Source of the DNA: Octopus sinensis | Taxonomy: Eukaryota | Reading direction: 5' to 3' | Assembly (NCBI RefSeq): GCF_006345805.1 | Contig: NC_043003.1 | Coordinates: 72,726,001-72,790,000, forward strand | Length of the DNA stretch: 64,000 nt | Shown: one piece after another, positions 52,801-64,000 of the stretch | Numbering within the stretch: the stretch's first letter is position 1 | How the letters are laid out: every line of letters starts with the position of its first letter | Position numbers and translations under genes: made by a program | Notes under the pieces: generated by a model | What the model saw: only the letters and a program-made list of their open reading frames with translations | Told to the model about the DNA's origin: nothing | Database searches by the model: none

Positions 52801-55615
52801 ACTATTTTTCTAAGAAATTCATTGTAATTTAATTTTATCATAATATTGTGGGTAGCTTAGTGGAATGTTTATTTTATGTCATCAGAAAGCCCCCTGTAGC
52901 TTCGGTGATATTGCTCCTCTCATCTGACCATTTATTACAGAAAACACACTTTCAACCGATGTAGAAGTACTAGGAGAAAAAAATACATACTACTACAACA
53001 CTAAAATTGTCTTTAACTAATGTTTTTTCACTACACCAAAAAAAAAAGAAGAAAAAAAAGCCATTTTTCTTCATACTTAAAGTCTTGCGTTATCCAAACT
53101 TCTGCTTTAGGAACTCAAAAAATCTCTCCAATAATAATTTCATCAAATAATTGATCAGAATTTATTACTTGCCTTCCAGTCCCCTGGTTGATTTTAACTG
53201 CAGAGTGCTCAACACCATGCAAAATATAGCTCCAGAATTTAACCGCAAATGTCTCCCACCTGTTCAAAGTTCCCTTTCCAGATATGAGAGATATCTTTCA
53301 TAAAAAAACTTTTAAATTCTTCACCTTTTCAATACTTTCACCATTTTCTTCGTGTTTTCTCAGCAAGACCATTACATTTTGAGGCACAAATTTTCAGTTG
53401 TTTTCTGTATTCTATATCTGTAGTCAGATATTGCATTTTTGTGATATCTATTGCGGTTGAATTGGTCCTTCTCCAATAACTAGAATCGATTTGTTGGAAA
53501 GGTAAAGCTTTCCATGGAAAAACTATATATACTTTTATCCAAATTCATTATCGAAAAATTGTTTTATCAGTCCCAGGCAGTGTTTTTGGTAGCAAGAGTA
53601 AAATTTCAGTCAACAAAATTGTTAAGAATTCTTTCAATCGTTGGTAGCATAAAAAAAAAACAAAAACAAATTGGTACTATCATGTTGCAACAGATTTTTG
53701 TATTTTCTAACGCATTGTCACAGATTTTTTTTAGATGTGTTAAACAAACTGTATATAGGTGAAAATATTTGAAAATGTGTTACTATAAACGCTTCGACGT
53801 CAACGGGTAATAGGTCAACAACTATTTGGAGATAGTTGTACATTATGTGTTCAACACAATCGATTCCAGTAAGGTTCATTTCAAGTTTGGGTTTTAATCA
53901 GCGAAATATGTTGTTTTTACCTTTTAGGTGTACACAATCCAAAATTTGTGTTGCAGTTGTCTCTATGAAATCTGGCGACTTTTACGTCAACGTACGATTA
54001 TCAATGGCTGAGAAAAGGCATTAGTCATGATTTCAGTCGTCTCGACTTGAACGTTTGCATATCCAAAACTTTGACTTGTACCCCACGAGCAGGAATGAAA
54101 TATCAAATAACGAAAAGTACCATTTTAGCATTTTTCGATTCGAAGCATCTACAGAAACTTTAACAAAATTTGTCCCTGCTAGGTCTTTAAAAAGCTCAAA
54201 TTTAGCCATTGGTGCGATTTTGTCTGTGCTTGATGAAATTTTGGTTCAAAAAATTTTGAGACGAACTTTGTGGGAAAGTCGGATGTTTTCAACCTTAATT
54301 TATAAGAAACGGTATGGAAAGCAAATGTGGTTTCTTTAGCTGCTATTTTTGCTTTTCATACTCCTATTCGATTGTTTCTGACGACAAAAAAAAGTATCTA
54401 AACATGATTAATTAAGAAGCGAAACTTGCTTTGTGCCTCTAAAGTTTAGAATGATCTTTAATTTCCAACCTACCTCCACACACCACAGAGAACTCTGTAA
54501 AACAGTCACAACATTTTACTCTGTCGGCACAAACCACCTTCTCATCTTGAGTTCTTTCGTAAATGCGCACGTTCGCTATTCGACAAATTATATGAAAAAT
54601 TAATAAAGTATTTTATGGAGAAAATATGTATAAAATATCAAGTAAAGTGAATTATGAAATATGTATCACAATTGTTTTATTCTAGGACACGCTAACACCT
54701 GGAGAAATTCATAGTTGGCTACGTTCTAATTCCTGGGTCCAAACGTGACACCTTGACATGGATGCAGCTGCTGCTACAATGTGTACGTGCGCGCGCGTGT
54801 GTCTCTATGTATGTATGTATGTATGTATGTATGTATGTATGTATGTATGTATGTATGTATGTACCTTTGCCCAAGATTCCTGTGGTCTTTTCCGTAGGCT
54901 TTTCTATCCACGGACAAACCTAATCTGTTCTCCCCTTTTACATTGACATTACTGTGATACACGATCCCTATTGATCGGCCCCACTTTTTTTCCCACGATC
55001 CCTTTTGATCAAAATTTGCCCCCCCTCTTTTTTCTTTTTTTCTTCTTTTCACGATCCATTTTGACCGGAATTCGCCCCCCCACCTTTTGTTTTTTCCCCC
55101 TTCTCTTCTTCCCAAAAAGAAAATCTCTACTTTATATATTGTCCCTTCTGTGTTTAGCCCTGCGTGGCCAATAAAGAAATCTATCTACATACATACATAC
55201 ATACATACATACATACATACACACACTTATATACACACATGCATGTACAGGTATTTGTATCTGTTGTATTATCTCGTGAAAAACACGATAGCAAGGAGTA
55301 GGAACCTGTAGCAACATCCTTTGTGTCTACAACTTGCCTTAACTTCATCACTCCAGGTCTATGGCAAAAAACAAAAACTGTTGTCATTGAACGATTTGTA
55401 CAAAGGTTTAGTCGTAAAGGAAGAAAGTTTGAGGAGGATCTGTCTATGTCTCTCCTCCTTGTTGTATAACAAGAATCGCTGCACAGTATGCAACAAGCAA
55501 TACACAAAATGACTTATGATAGGAATGTTAAGGAGCAAACCTTAAACTAGAAATAAAGAAATTGGGTCCGCAGAACTTTCTGAATGACAGGCCAAACAAA
55601 AATTGGTACACACAC

Positions 55616-55646
<31 letters not shown>

Positions 55647-55889
55647 TTTGGCATAATAGATCGCTAGCCACTAAACCTTTTTTATTTTCTCTCCCTGTTA
55701 GAGACAGAGAGTGAAAGAGTGTGTATGCTTGTCTGCATGCGTGTGTTTGTATGAGAGAGAAAAAGTGAAAGAATATGAGGGGGTGAGTGTGTGTGTGTGT
55801 GTGAGAGAGAGAGCGAAGATAGAGAGGAAGGAGAAATTGGCAGACAAACAGACAGACAGAGGGGTAAATAAATAGTTAAATACATAGAT

Positions 55890-56070
55890 CGCTAGCCACT
55901 ACACATTCTTTATTTTCTCTCCTTGTTTCTTTCTGTGTTCCTTTCTGTGGAAGAACGTAGGCTCGAAACGTTAGACTTTTTCAATTCCCGAGCGTTATAC
56001 TAATACATCTGTTTGTTGTCTACACCACCTGTCTTCGTCTTTTGTTTTTTTTTTTTGTGAATCTTCCCCA
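55890..56070 (+). mobile_element. Solo Penelope-like terminal repeat (same family as 49020-49260)
   Basis: atagatcgctagccact...ctgtgttcctttctgtggaagaacgtaggctcgaaacgtt... A partial duplicate start lies at 55657-55700. Confidence 0.75.
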
Positions 56071-56605
56071 AAAATACATAAATAGATAGATACAAATAGA
56101 CAGAGAGAGGGAGAGAGAGGGAGAAGGAAGAGTGCCGTAGACAGGTACGGAAGCAAAATCTAATCTCCGAAAGGAAATTTGTAAAAACTGAAGGAATGCC
56201 CAAATGTTAATAACAGGTGATATATAACAGAAAACAAAAAATGAATTTGAACGACATTTACTTCATCCAAAACATTTTAATAGTTGTTTCCTTTGTTATT
56301 TTATTTTTATATAAATAATCAATTTGCACAGCATATAAGCACATCCACACACTGTTTACATATATTCGTGTATAGACAGACGTACTAAAGTACAACAGTA
56401 CAAAATAAATTACATCTATATCTATGTTCACAACATTTCTATAAAAATTCATGTAGATACTGCTGAATTTCCAAATATAAAATGTATTTGTATGTATATG
56501 TGGATACGTACATACATAGATGCATGCATGCATACATACATACAAACGTACATAATACCTACATATGCCTGTGTGTATGTGCTTGAGTGTATGTGGGAGT
56601 GTGTG

Positions 56606-56640
<35 letters not shown>

Positions 56641-57293
56641 ATTGTGCGTATACTATGTTTGCGTTGCCTTGGAAAGACAATATAGAATGCGCATATAAAA
56701 GAAAGATAAAGGACCCAGGAAATCATGCAAGAAATGGAAGGTAAATAGTAGAGTTTGCTATTTGCATGTTGAATGTAGATGTGTGATGTTGTAGTGTTGT
56801 GGCTAGATTCACTGCGTCTGACTTTGATGGCATTGTGGAGAAGTGTTCGCAAGTCAGAGAAACTCTATAAATGACTTGCGTCTGGCTTTGTGTGGTGGCA
56901 GCATGAAAACGGGTTAGACTGTGGACCAAAAGAACCCTAATATATATACGCACGCATACAAACACAAACACATATATTGAAAAAATGTTTACCTTTCTTT
57001 ATACAAAGTGTTGACTAAAATCTATCGATATATTCTGCAGTGCTCTCTCTCTCATTCCCTCTTTGTCTGTCTGTCGCTCTCTCTCTACACACATACGCAC
57101 ACCTGAGTGCGTGTGTGTTTCAGAAATGTTAAGCGACATTTCTATTTGTTCATTTATTCCGCACATGGTACTTACACGTTATGGATGTTATGACAAAAGC
57201 TCCCTAAAACTTTGATGAGTGGAACATCAGAGCAAGTCGGATCCCAGTCAGTGAAACATGATTTTTCTTCTGCTACAAAACTTCTATTGCCAC

Positions 57294-57358
<65 letters not shown>

Positions 57359-57754
57359 ACACACACACACGCACGCACGCACGCACACACACGCGCACGC
57401 TTACACACAGACAGATGTATACCTTAAACCGTTTTTCTATACGTAACACGTGATTCTTTTTTCCTTTTCTTCTTGTATTCTTGTATGACAAACTTGCCTG
57501 ATGAATACACGTGCCAGTATATTTTCGGTAAGACCTTAATACAAAAATATTTGATACGTAAAAGTGTATTTTTGTATTTTTTCATATATATAAATATATA
57601 GAATAAAACAACTATTTGCCTCTATGTTAAAAAGTTAAACTTGTTTTAATTAAAAAAAAATAAATGTATATCAAAATTTAACACATTTTCAACGTTCCTT
57701 CCGTTTATGTATATATATTTGATGGACTCTTCCGTCGAAAACGACGAATGAGCA

Positions 57755-58020
57755 TTCAGCTTCTGCCGAACAACCTGCACGAATGATTTGTTTATAGTGA
57801 TCTAATGTTCGTGCCACACATTAACTCACTCTCTCCATCAAATCGACGTTGTCTAAACAGATGCATGCTGTGCCACACGTCAGGTGTGAAAGTGATCGCA
57901 GAGCAACGTGTGATGAAGTGTTTCATTCAAGAACAAAATACACCACACGGTCTAGGAATTGAATTCACGAATGCTAGTCGTGAGTGCAACATCCTAAATA
58001 CTAAGCCATGCACCCTCACT
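57755..58020 (-). mobile_element. tRNA-derived SINE, diverged
   Basis: Minus-strand head gagggtgcatggcttagtatttagg...gtgaattcaattcc. Confidence 0.6.
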
Positions 58021-58127
58021 TTTATACATACATACATACATACATACATACATACATGCGACCGCGTGTGTACCGTTGGCGATTTTTTTCCCCCGTCTTC
58101 CCTCCTCTGGATCTTTCCTTTTCCTAT

Positions 58128-58162
58128 GTTTCTGACGAAGAGCTCCGTTCGAAACGTAAAAC
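58128..58162 (+). ncRNA. Candidate minimal type-I hammerhead ribozyme (unit 1)
   Basis: GTTT-CTGACGA-A-GAGC-tcc-GTTC-GAAAC-GTA-AAAC: intact core, 4-bp stems I and II, predicted cut after GUA (58158). Confidence 0.6.
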
Positions 58163-58262
58163 CCTCCTTTATCCCTTCCTTCCTGAGCGTCCAATAATAC
58201 TATATTTGTTCCACGTCCTCGCGGTGTTGTGTTTTCTCTTTGTGTTTTCATGTTTGGATTAA

Positions 58263-58314
<52 letters not shown>

Positions 58315-58420
58315 ATATACATACATACATACATACATACATACATACATGTGACCGCGTGTGTACCGTTGGCGATTTTTTTCCCTCCGTCTTCCTTCTC
58401 TGGATCTTTCCTTTTCCTAT

Positions 58421-58455
58421 GTTCCTGACGAAGAGCTCCGCTCGAAACGTAAAAC
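58421..58455 (+). ncRNA. Candidate minimal type-I hammerhead ribozyme (unit 2)
   Basis: GTTC-CTGACGA-A-GAGC-tcc-GCTC-GAAAC-GTA-AAAC: intact core, perfect stem II, C-A mismatch at the core-proximal pair of stem I. Confidence 0.5.
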
Positions 58456-58553
58456 CCCCCTTCTTCCCTTCCTTCCTGAGCGTCCAATAATACTATATTT
58501 GTTCCACGTCCTCGCGGTGTTATGTTTTCTCTTTGTGTTGTCATTTTTGGATT

Positions 58554-58597
<44 letters not shown>

Positions 58598-59457
58598 AAT
58601 AAAGGAGAATAGAAGTTTATATCCAGTTCTATTCAGCAGTTAATTACTTCTGCACCCTACACATGTTTCTGCAGCAATTAACTAATGCACACTATAAAAT
58701 TTGCATCTTATGTGCTCTTGTTGTTACTAGCCACTTCTTCAGGGTGGATCAGCTGCATTGTTCAGTTAGAATCTAAATTAAAATCCAGCCGAAATACACG
58801 TTGCGTTGTTGTTATTCCAAAAATAGCCTAGATCGTGACCTTTTCAACTCTGCTGGTTAAAAACAAATGACTAGCTGTCTAAGGAATTTTAGAATTCTGC
58901 AGACACAGACCATCCTTAAATGCTGAGTGATAGTATTAATGCTTAGTATCAGGTTACCTTAAGTATGTTTTTTATTGTTATTATCTTATTACGCAGGTAA
59001 GGTTCCTTAGCGCTTGTTGCACCTGAGCAATACAAGTCTGAGGGTCAAGAGTTAAAATAATATTCCTCATGTAGGTTGTTCAGCAAACCAATACACCACC
59101 ACTATACATTTTCATTAGTCCAGTGGCGAATTATATATCTTGCTGAATCCACATTCACTGAAACAAGATAGTCCAACATGTGTATACATACCTACACACA
59201 TACACACGCGTGCGCGCACACACAGACACATATAGACAGACAGAAAGATAGATAACAGTGTGTTTGAAAAGTAATGATAATAATAATTAAAAAAAAACAA
59301 TGTAAGGCGGCGAACTGGCAGAATCGTTAGCACGCTAGATAAAATGCCTGGCACTATTTCGTCCGTTTTTACTTTCTGCGTTCAAATTCTGCCGAGGTCG
59401 ATTTTGCCTTTCATTCTTTTGGGGTCTCCGGGTATGGATAGCATACATGCGGAGTTG

Positions 59458-59521
59458 TTATATAGAGTGTAGCAGAGTCAAGGTTTGTATTTAAACCTTG
59501 ACTCTGCTAGACTCTATATAA
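59458..59521. repeat. Near-perfect 29-bp hairpin with 6-nt loop
   Basis: ttatatagagtgtagcagagtcaaggttt / gtattt / aaaccttgactctgctagactctatataa; one mismatch. Confidence 0.95.
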
Positions 59522-59784
59522 ATTCCCTACTGGGAATGACCAAGTTTAAGAGAATCTTACATTGCTTATAAATTCCATATTTGGATGAACTCATATTAAA
59601 CTCTGTTGGACTTTTGGATTTTACTCAAAGGATATTGGAATATTGCATACATACCATTATGTCTATAAAACGGATTTACAAATTCAATACCCATACATAT
59701 CCTACATATATTTTCTTTCCTCCGCCCCACTCTCTATTTGTATCTCATATAAACTAACTATGACTTAATCTTTTCTCTCACACC

Positions 59785-59836
59785 GTCTCCGATGAAGGGA
59801 TATTATTAATTGATATCCTAGAAACAGCTGTAAGAC
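59785..59836 (+). ncRNA. Hammerhead-like motif with palindromic AGCT loop III and variant core
   Basis: GTCT-CCGATGA-A-GGGATAT-tattaattg-ATATCCT-A-GAAAC-agct-GTA-AGAC. Confidence 0.45.
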
Positions 59837-60063
59837 CTATCTATAAATGCTTGTTTTTTTTATTTTATTACGCAAAAATTTCTTATATACACACGCTGAC
59901 ATAGAATCAACGTTGAACCCTTTATTCGCAATATTACCGAATCTGGAACTTAACTATGGACTGTCTATAGCACTTATTCAGCATTTACCTGACACCTTTG
60001 GGTCTCAATGACACCATTATCTCTTATAACCTCAACTTCTCACTATATATATATATATATATA

Positions 60064-61310
60064 CTTTTTTATCCAAGGGGAGGCAATGCGAGCAACAACC
60101 ACAGGAACATCACAAACTTCAGAGATAGACCAAACACATACGAATCTTATATACTAATTTATATCTAAATAGTCCGACATTTAAAAAAAAAAATTAAATT
60201 CAGTAATATATAAGTATCATATACAAATAGAATTATAAATATAAAAATAAATGTAAATATAAATTTTGCATATAACACGCTTAAAACTGTTAGAATAAGA
60301 GAAATAAATATAATGATAATAAAATAAAAAAAATATGGCATATCAAAAGACGAATAAAATTCCGGCGAATAGTACATAGAATATAATACATATACAAGCT
60401 TACAAAAATATAAGATATATAGAAGTCCATCGGGGATGTGCCAATTAATATTAGACATACCAGTACTTAAAATAGTACTTACAATTGGCACTCCCCTCAT
60501 CAGGATGTCCTATACAACACATATAAAACATGAACAAATACACGGAATTTACGTACTCCCGGAAATTTTTTCGTCGATACTGAATGGAAGTTTATACGCA
60601 TACAATTTGATCCAGCCGCCATAGTAAATTGTATGCACACAGCGCCATCTTGACCATTTCACTTCAGCACTTAATTTACTTTATTTTATTTTATTTCGAT
60701 TTTATAAATTCTCCCATACATGCAAAGCCATATATTCAGGTTCGAGTCCTCGACTAACAGCTATTTTTTTAATAATTGCATTACTTTAGTTTTATCTCGT
60801 TTACCACTCACTATACTTACTAAACTTAATTCAATTGTTATTGCTTAGCACTAACTTTTATTGCTATTTCTATTTCTAAATTTCCTATGGAACGTCGAGT
60901 GAATCTTATGCGTACACGCCGGTATAGCATCAGTGAACTTATTTAACACTGCGTTGTTGTAATTTTTCAATATAGTATACGCCTCCCTTATGCATAAACC
61001 GCATCTAGTGGACCCAATTCTATAAGGGGAGGCATGCGCAAGGATAGCCCATGATATTTTAAATTTAACATTTTTTTCCTTAAGGTCATTAACATGTAAT
61101 GCCAATGTTGTAGAGGTCCTATATTTAGGATTGTTGAAAGAGCTCAGGTGGGATTAATACCTCTGCTTAAAGTCTACTGTGCTTCCAATATATATTTTTC
61201 TCTGGCCTCCTTGAGCCTCAACACTACATTTATAAACTACATTTTCCTGGCGACAATTTCCGCTAATCGGACATTCTGATGGGTCCCTACAATTACATTT
61301 CTTCAACCTA
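60064..61310 (-). mobile_element. Second Penelope-like element relic (GIY-YIG plus 3' region)
   Basis: The minus strand from about 61300 reads KCNCRDPSECPISGNCRQENVVYKCSV...IYIGSTVDFKQRY*SHLSSF...ISWAILAHASPY...RCGLCIREAY...LNK...CTH, a PLE GIY-YIG with CCHH-type flanks and one stop. Confidence 0.85.
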
Positions 61311-62112
61311 TACAATATAGGCAAGAATATATATATTTATTGAGGAAATATAATGGCTTACACCGTTAACTGCCTATTTCCATGATACATACTTTTCTTT
61401 ACCCAAACATATTAACACTGAGTTATCTCCATGGTAATATCCGTACTACTTATTCCAGTAAACTATATGACATTATAGAATGTTATACTGATTTTGCGCT
61501 CAACAAGCAACAAGTTTATATACCTTTGAGCGAATATTTATCTATTCCACAATATTTTAGCTTCATTTAATGATTTTTTTCTCTAAAAAAAAACAGCTAC
61601 AGCTTTTTTTTTACCCTTTCCCTATCCATTTCTTCTCTTCTGTCTGTCCTGACACCTACCCACCTCTCAACATTTTATATCACACCGTTGTTTTTCCTAA
61701 AATAGTATCACTAACGACTAGTCAAATCATCATTCAATTTCCAAATACTTTGGGACCACATTAATGTACCACCTTGTATCACTCTAGTCTGACGTGCTTA
61801 CCGAACACGAAACTCAGAGACGCGGTTGAGTTTCGATAGTTTTCTGTATGTTTACACACACACACACACACACACAATCACGCACAAAATCACACACACA
61901 AATATTCACACGCACGTACAAATCACACACAAACATAGACACATACATATAGATACATGCACACATACATATATGTATACATTAATACATACATATATAT
62001 ATATATATATATACATATATACATATGTATATATACATATATATATGTACGCACACACATATTGTCTGAACTCATACTCAATAACAGCAACAAGAGTAAC
62101 AACAACAATAAG

Positions 62113-62148
<36 letters not shown>

Positions 62149-62188
62149 CACCACCACCACCACCACCACCATCACACTACTACTACTG

Positions 62189-62227
<39 letters not shown>

Positions 62228-62682
62228 TACTACTACTACTACTACTACTAACCATGTAAGCAGAACTAGCTCTCATGAGGTTGGCCTCTTTTCTGTTGTG
62301 GTTGGGAATAGTCAATGTGGAAAAAAAAAAAAAAGCTGCAAAACAAAAATGTTAGAATATATCAAGAAAAAATGGCAGATTGATTAAAACGCGGCAAGAG
62401 AATGCGTTTGATCGTAGCTGAAAAAAAAATCCAAGAATGTGTAAATAACAATACTTCGAACTCATGCAGCTTGCATTAATTTTTTTTCGCTTTGTTGAAG
62501 CTTCTGAGAAGCTGCGTATTTATGTGTAAGAGATGTTGACATACTGAGCGGGCCGGAGGGCGCATTTTCAGGCGCCTGGCCCTGAGTCGTATACGTTTCA
62601 GTAAAGTCGCACCACCCAACACGCGCGCGCACACACACATATACATACATCGGTTGTCAAGCGATGTTGGAGGACAAACACA

Positions 62683-62716
<34 letters not shown>

Positions 62717-62747
62717 ACACACACACACACACAACACACACACACAC

Positions 62748-62789
<42 letters not shown>

Positions 62790-62921
62790 TACACACACAT
62801 ACATATATATACGAAAGGCTTCTTTCAGTTTCCGTCTACCAAATCCACTCACAGCATGGAAAATGGACGTTAAACGATGATGATGATGATGATGAAGCAT
62901 ACACATTTATAAAGTCTGTCC

Positions 62922-62991
<70 letters not shown>

Positions 62992-62992
62992 A

Positions 62993-63031
<39 letters not shown>

Positions 63032-63060
63032 ATATCTATCTATCTATCTATCTATCTATA

Positions 63061-63131
<71 letters not shown>

Positions 63132-63339
63132 TATCTATCTATATATATATCTAACTAACTAAGCTGAAATACCTGGTATTGCTCGAGTTAACGACTGAAG
63201 GAATTAACAGTAATATCGTAAAGTGGAGTTTGGAGAAAGTGCATCGTGCAGATCTCTTTTTACTTGTTTTATTTCTTTAAAGAATATTTTCCAGATATCC
63301 ATGTTTAATCATAAGCTATTTCGATTCTGCAAATATAGA

Positions 63340-63500
63340 TGCAGGAGTGGCCGTGTGGTAAGTAGCTTGCTTACGAACCACATGGTTCCGGGTTCAGTCC
63401 CATTGCGTGGCACCTTGGGCAAGTGTCTTCTGGTATAGCCTCGGACCGACCAAAGCCTTGTGAGTAGATTTGGTAGACAGAAACTGAAAGAAGCCCAACT
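63340..63500 (+). mobile_element. Family-B SINE 5' half
   Basis: gcaggagtggccgtgtggtaagtagcttg...aaactgaaagaagccc. Confidence 0.8.
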
Positions 63501-64000
63501 CTATAACCCTTTGCTTGACCTTCTCTTCCTTCCTTGTCTTCCTCTATCTCTCTCTCTCTCACTCCTCTTCATCTCTCTCACAGCCGGGCGATTACTTCCT
63601 TTCGCTTGCGGCCTGCTAACAGTGAACACACGTTCTTCCAGCGCTCTTAAGAATCTTTCCTCGTCTAGGCCAAAAAAAAGGCCCTCATTGTTTGCTTTCT
63701 TGTTTGTTTTTATTTCTTGTACGGTATTTTTTGTAATTGTATTTTTATTTTGTATTTTATTTTGTATATTATTTTGTAATTGTATTTGTATCATTTTTAC
63801 GTCCTGTTTTTATCACATTTTTTTCTTTCCTTGTTTTTACCCCTCTGCGAAGGAATTTTATTTAATTCTTTCGCAGGAAGGGCTAGTTCGACGAGTCGTG
63901 TTCTGTCCTCACCTTCGAAACACGCTGGAGTTGAACTAGGGACAGCTGATGAAGGGGATTTTTCGTTGTGTAGTTTATCTTGTACTCTGTTTTTTCGTTG

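Larger units (their letters stand above)
58058..58553 (+). repeat. Two tandem about 203-bp units (period 293 bp), each with a hammerhead-like motif
   Basis: 58058-58260 and 58351-58553, separated by (TA)n(TACA)n. Confidence 0.92.

Noticed and set aside
53050-54750. Possible DNA transposon with transposase remnants
   Set aside because: No matching TIR pair or catalytic motif could be established; left unannotated.
56690-56900. Mutator-like transposase N-terminal fragment (DPGNHARNGR.IVE)
   Set aside because: Too short and interrupted by stops to support.
61789-61835. CTGAC-GTG...CAC-GAAAC-TCA...TGAGTTTCG hairpin resembling a hammerhead
   Set aside because: The core lacks G8-A9 and there is no stem I partner. 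Possibly a decayed motif but unsupported.
63875-63970. CTGATGAAGGGG and a nearby CGAAAC
   Set aside because: The boxes are in the wrong order and stem II does not close before the window end.

Overview
AT-rich, microsatellite-saturated animal genomic DNA. The SINE, MITE and RTE families match those I recall from Octopus genomes; the species is an inference. One host gene is supported: the last four coding exons of a 5'(3')-deoxyribonucleotidase (NT5C/NT5M family, HAD fold) on the + strand at 5040-5140, 9466-9529, 21388-21502 and 21971-22128. They splice in frame with GT-AG boundaries; exon 1 was not found and probably lies upstream of the window. The rest is transposon debris: RTE, R4/Dong-like, Tx1/L1-like and Penelope-like (GIY-YIG) retroelements, tRNA-derived SINEs, a Helitron, piggyBac and mariner derivatives, and TIR MITEs. 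Almost all listed ORFs are microsatellite artefacts. The most interesting signal is a set of about a dozen minimal type-I hammerhead-ribozyme-like motifs from at least five sequence families. They occur in tandem, in inverted pairs, downstream of GIY-YIG relics, and in a tRNA-headed SINE-like element with inverted hammerhead arms. Other oddities are a PHD-type finger inside an RTE reverse transcriptase, hairpin arrays in RTE 3' UTRs, and an apparently ORF1-only Tx1/L1-like element sharing its 3' tail with a SINE.
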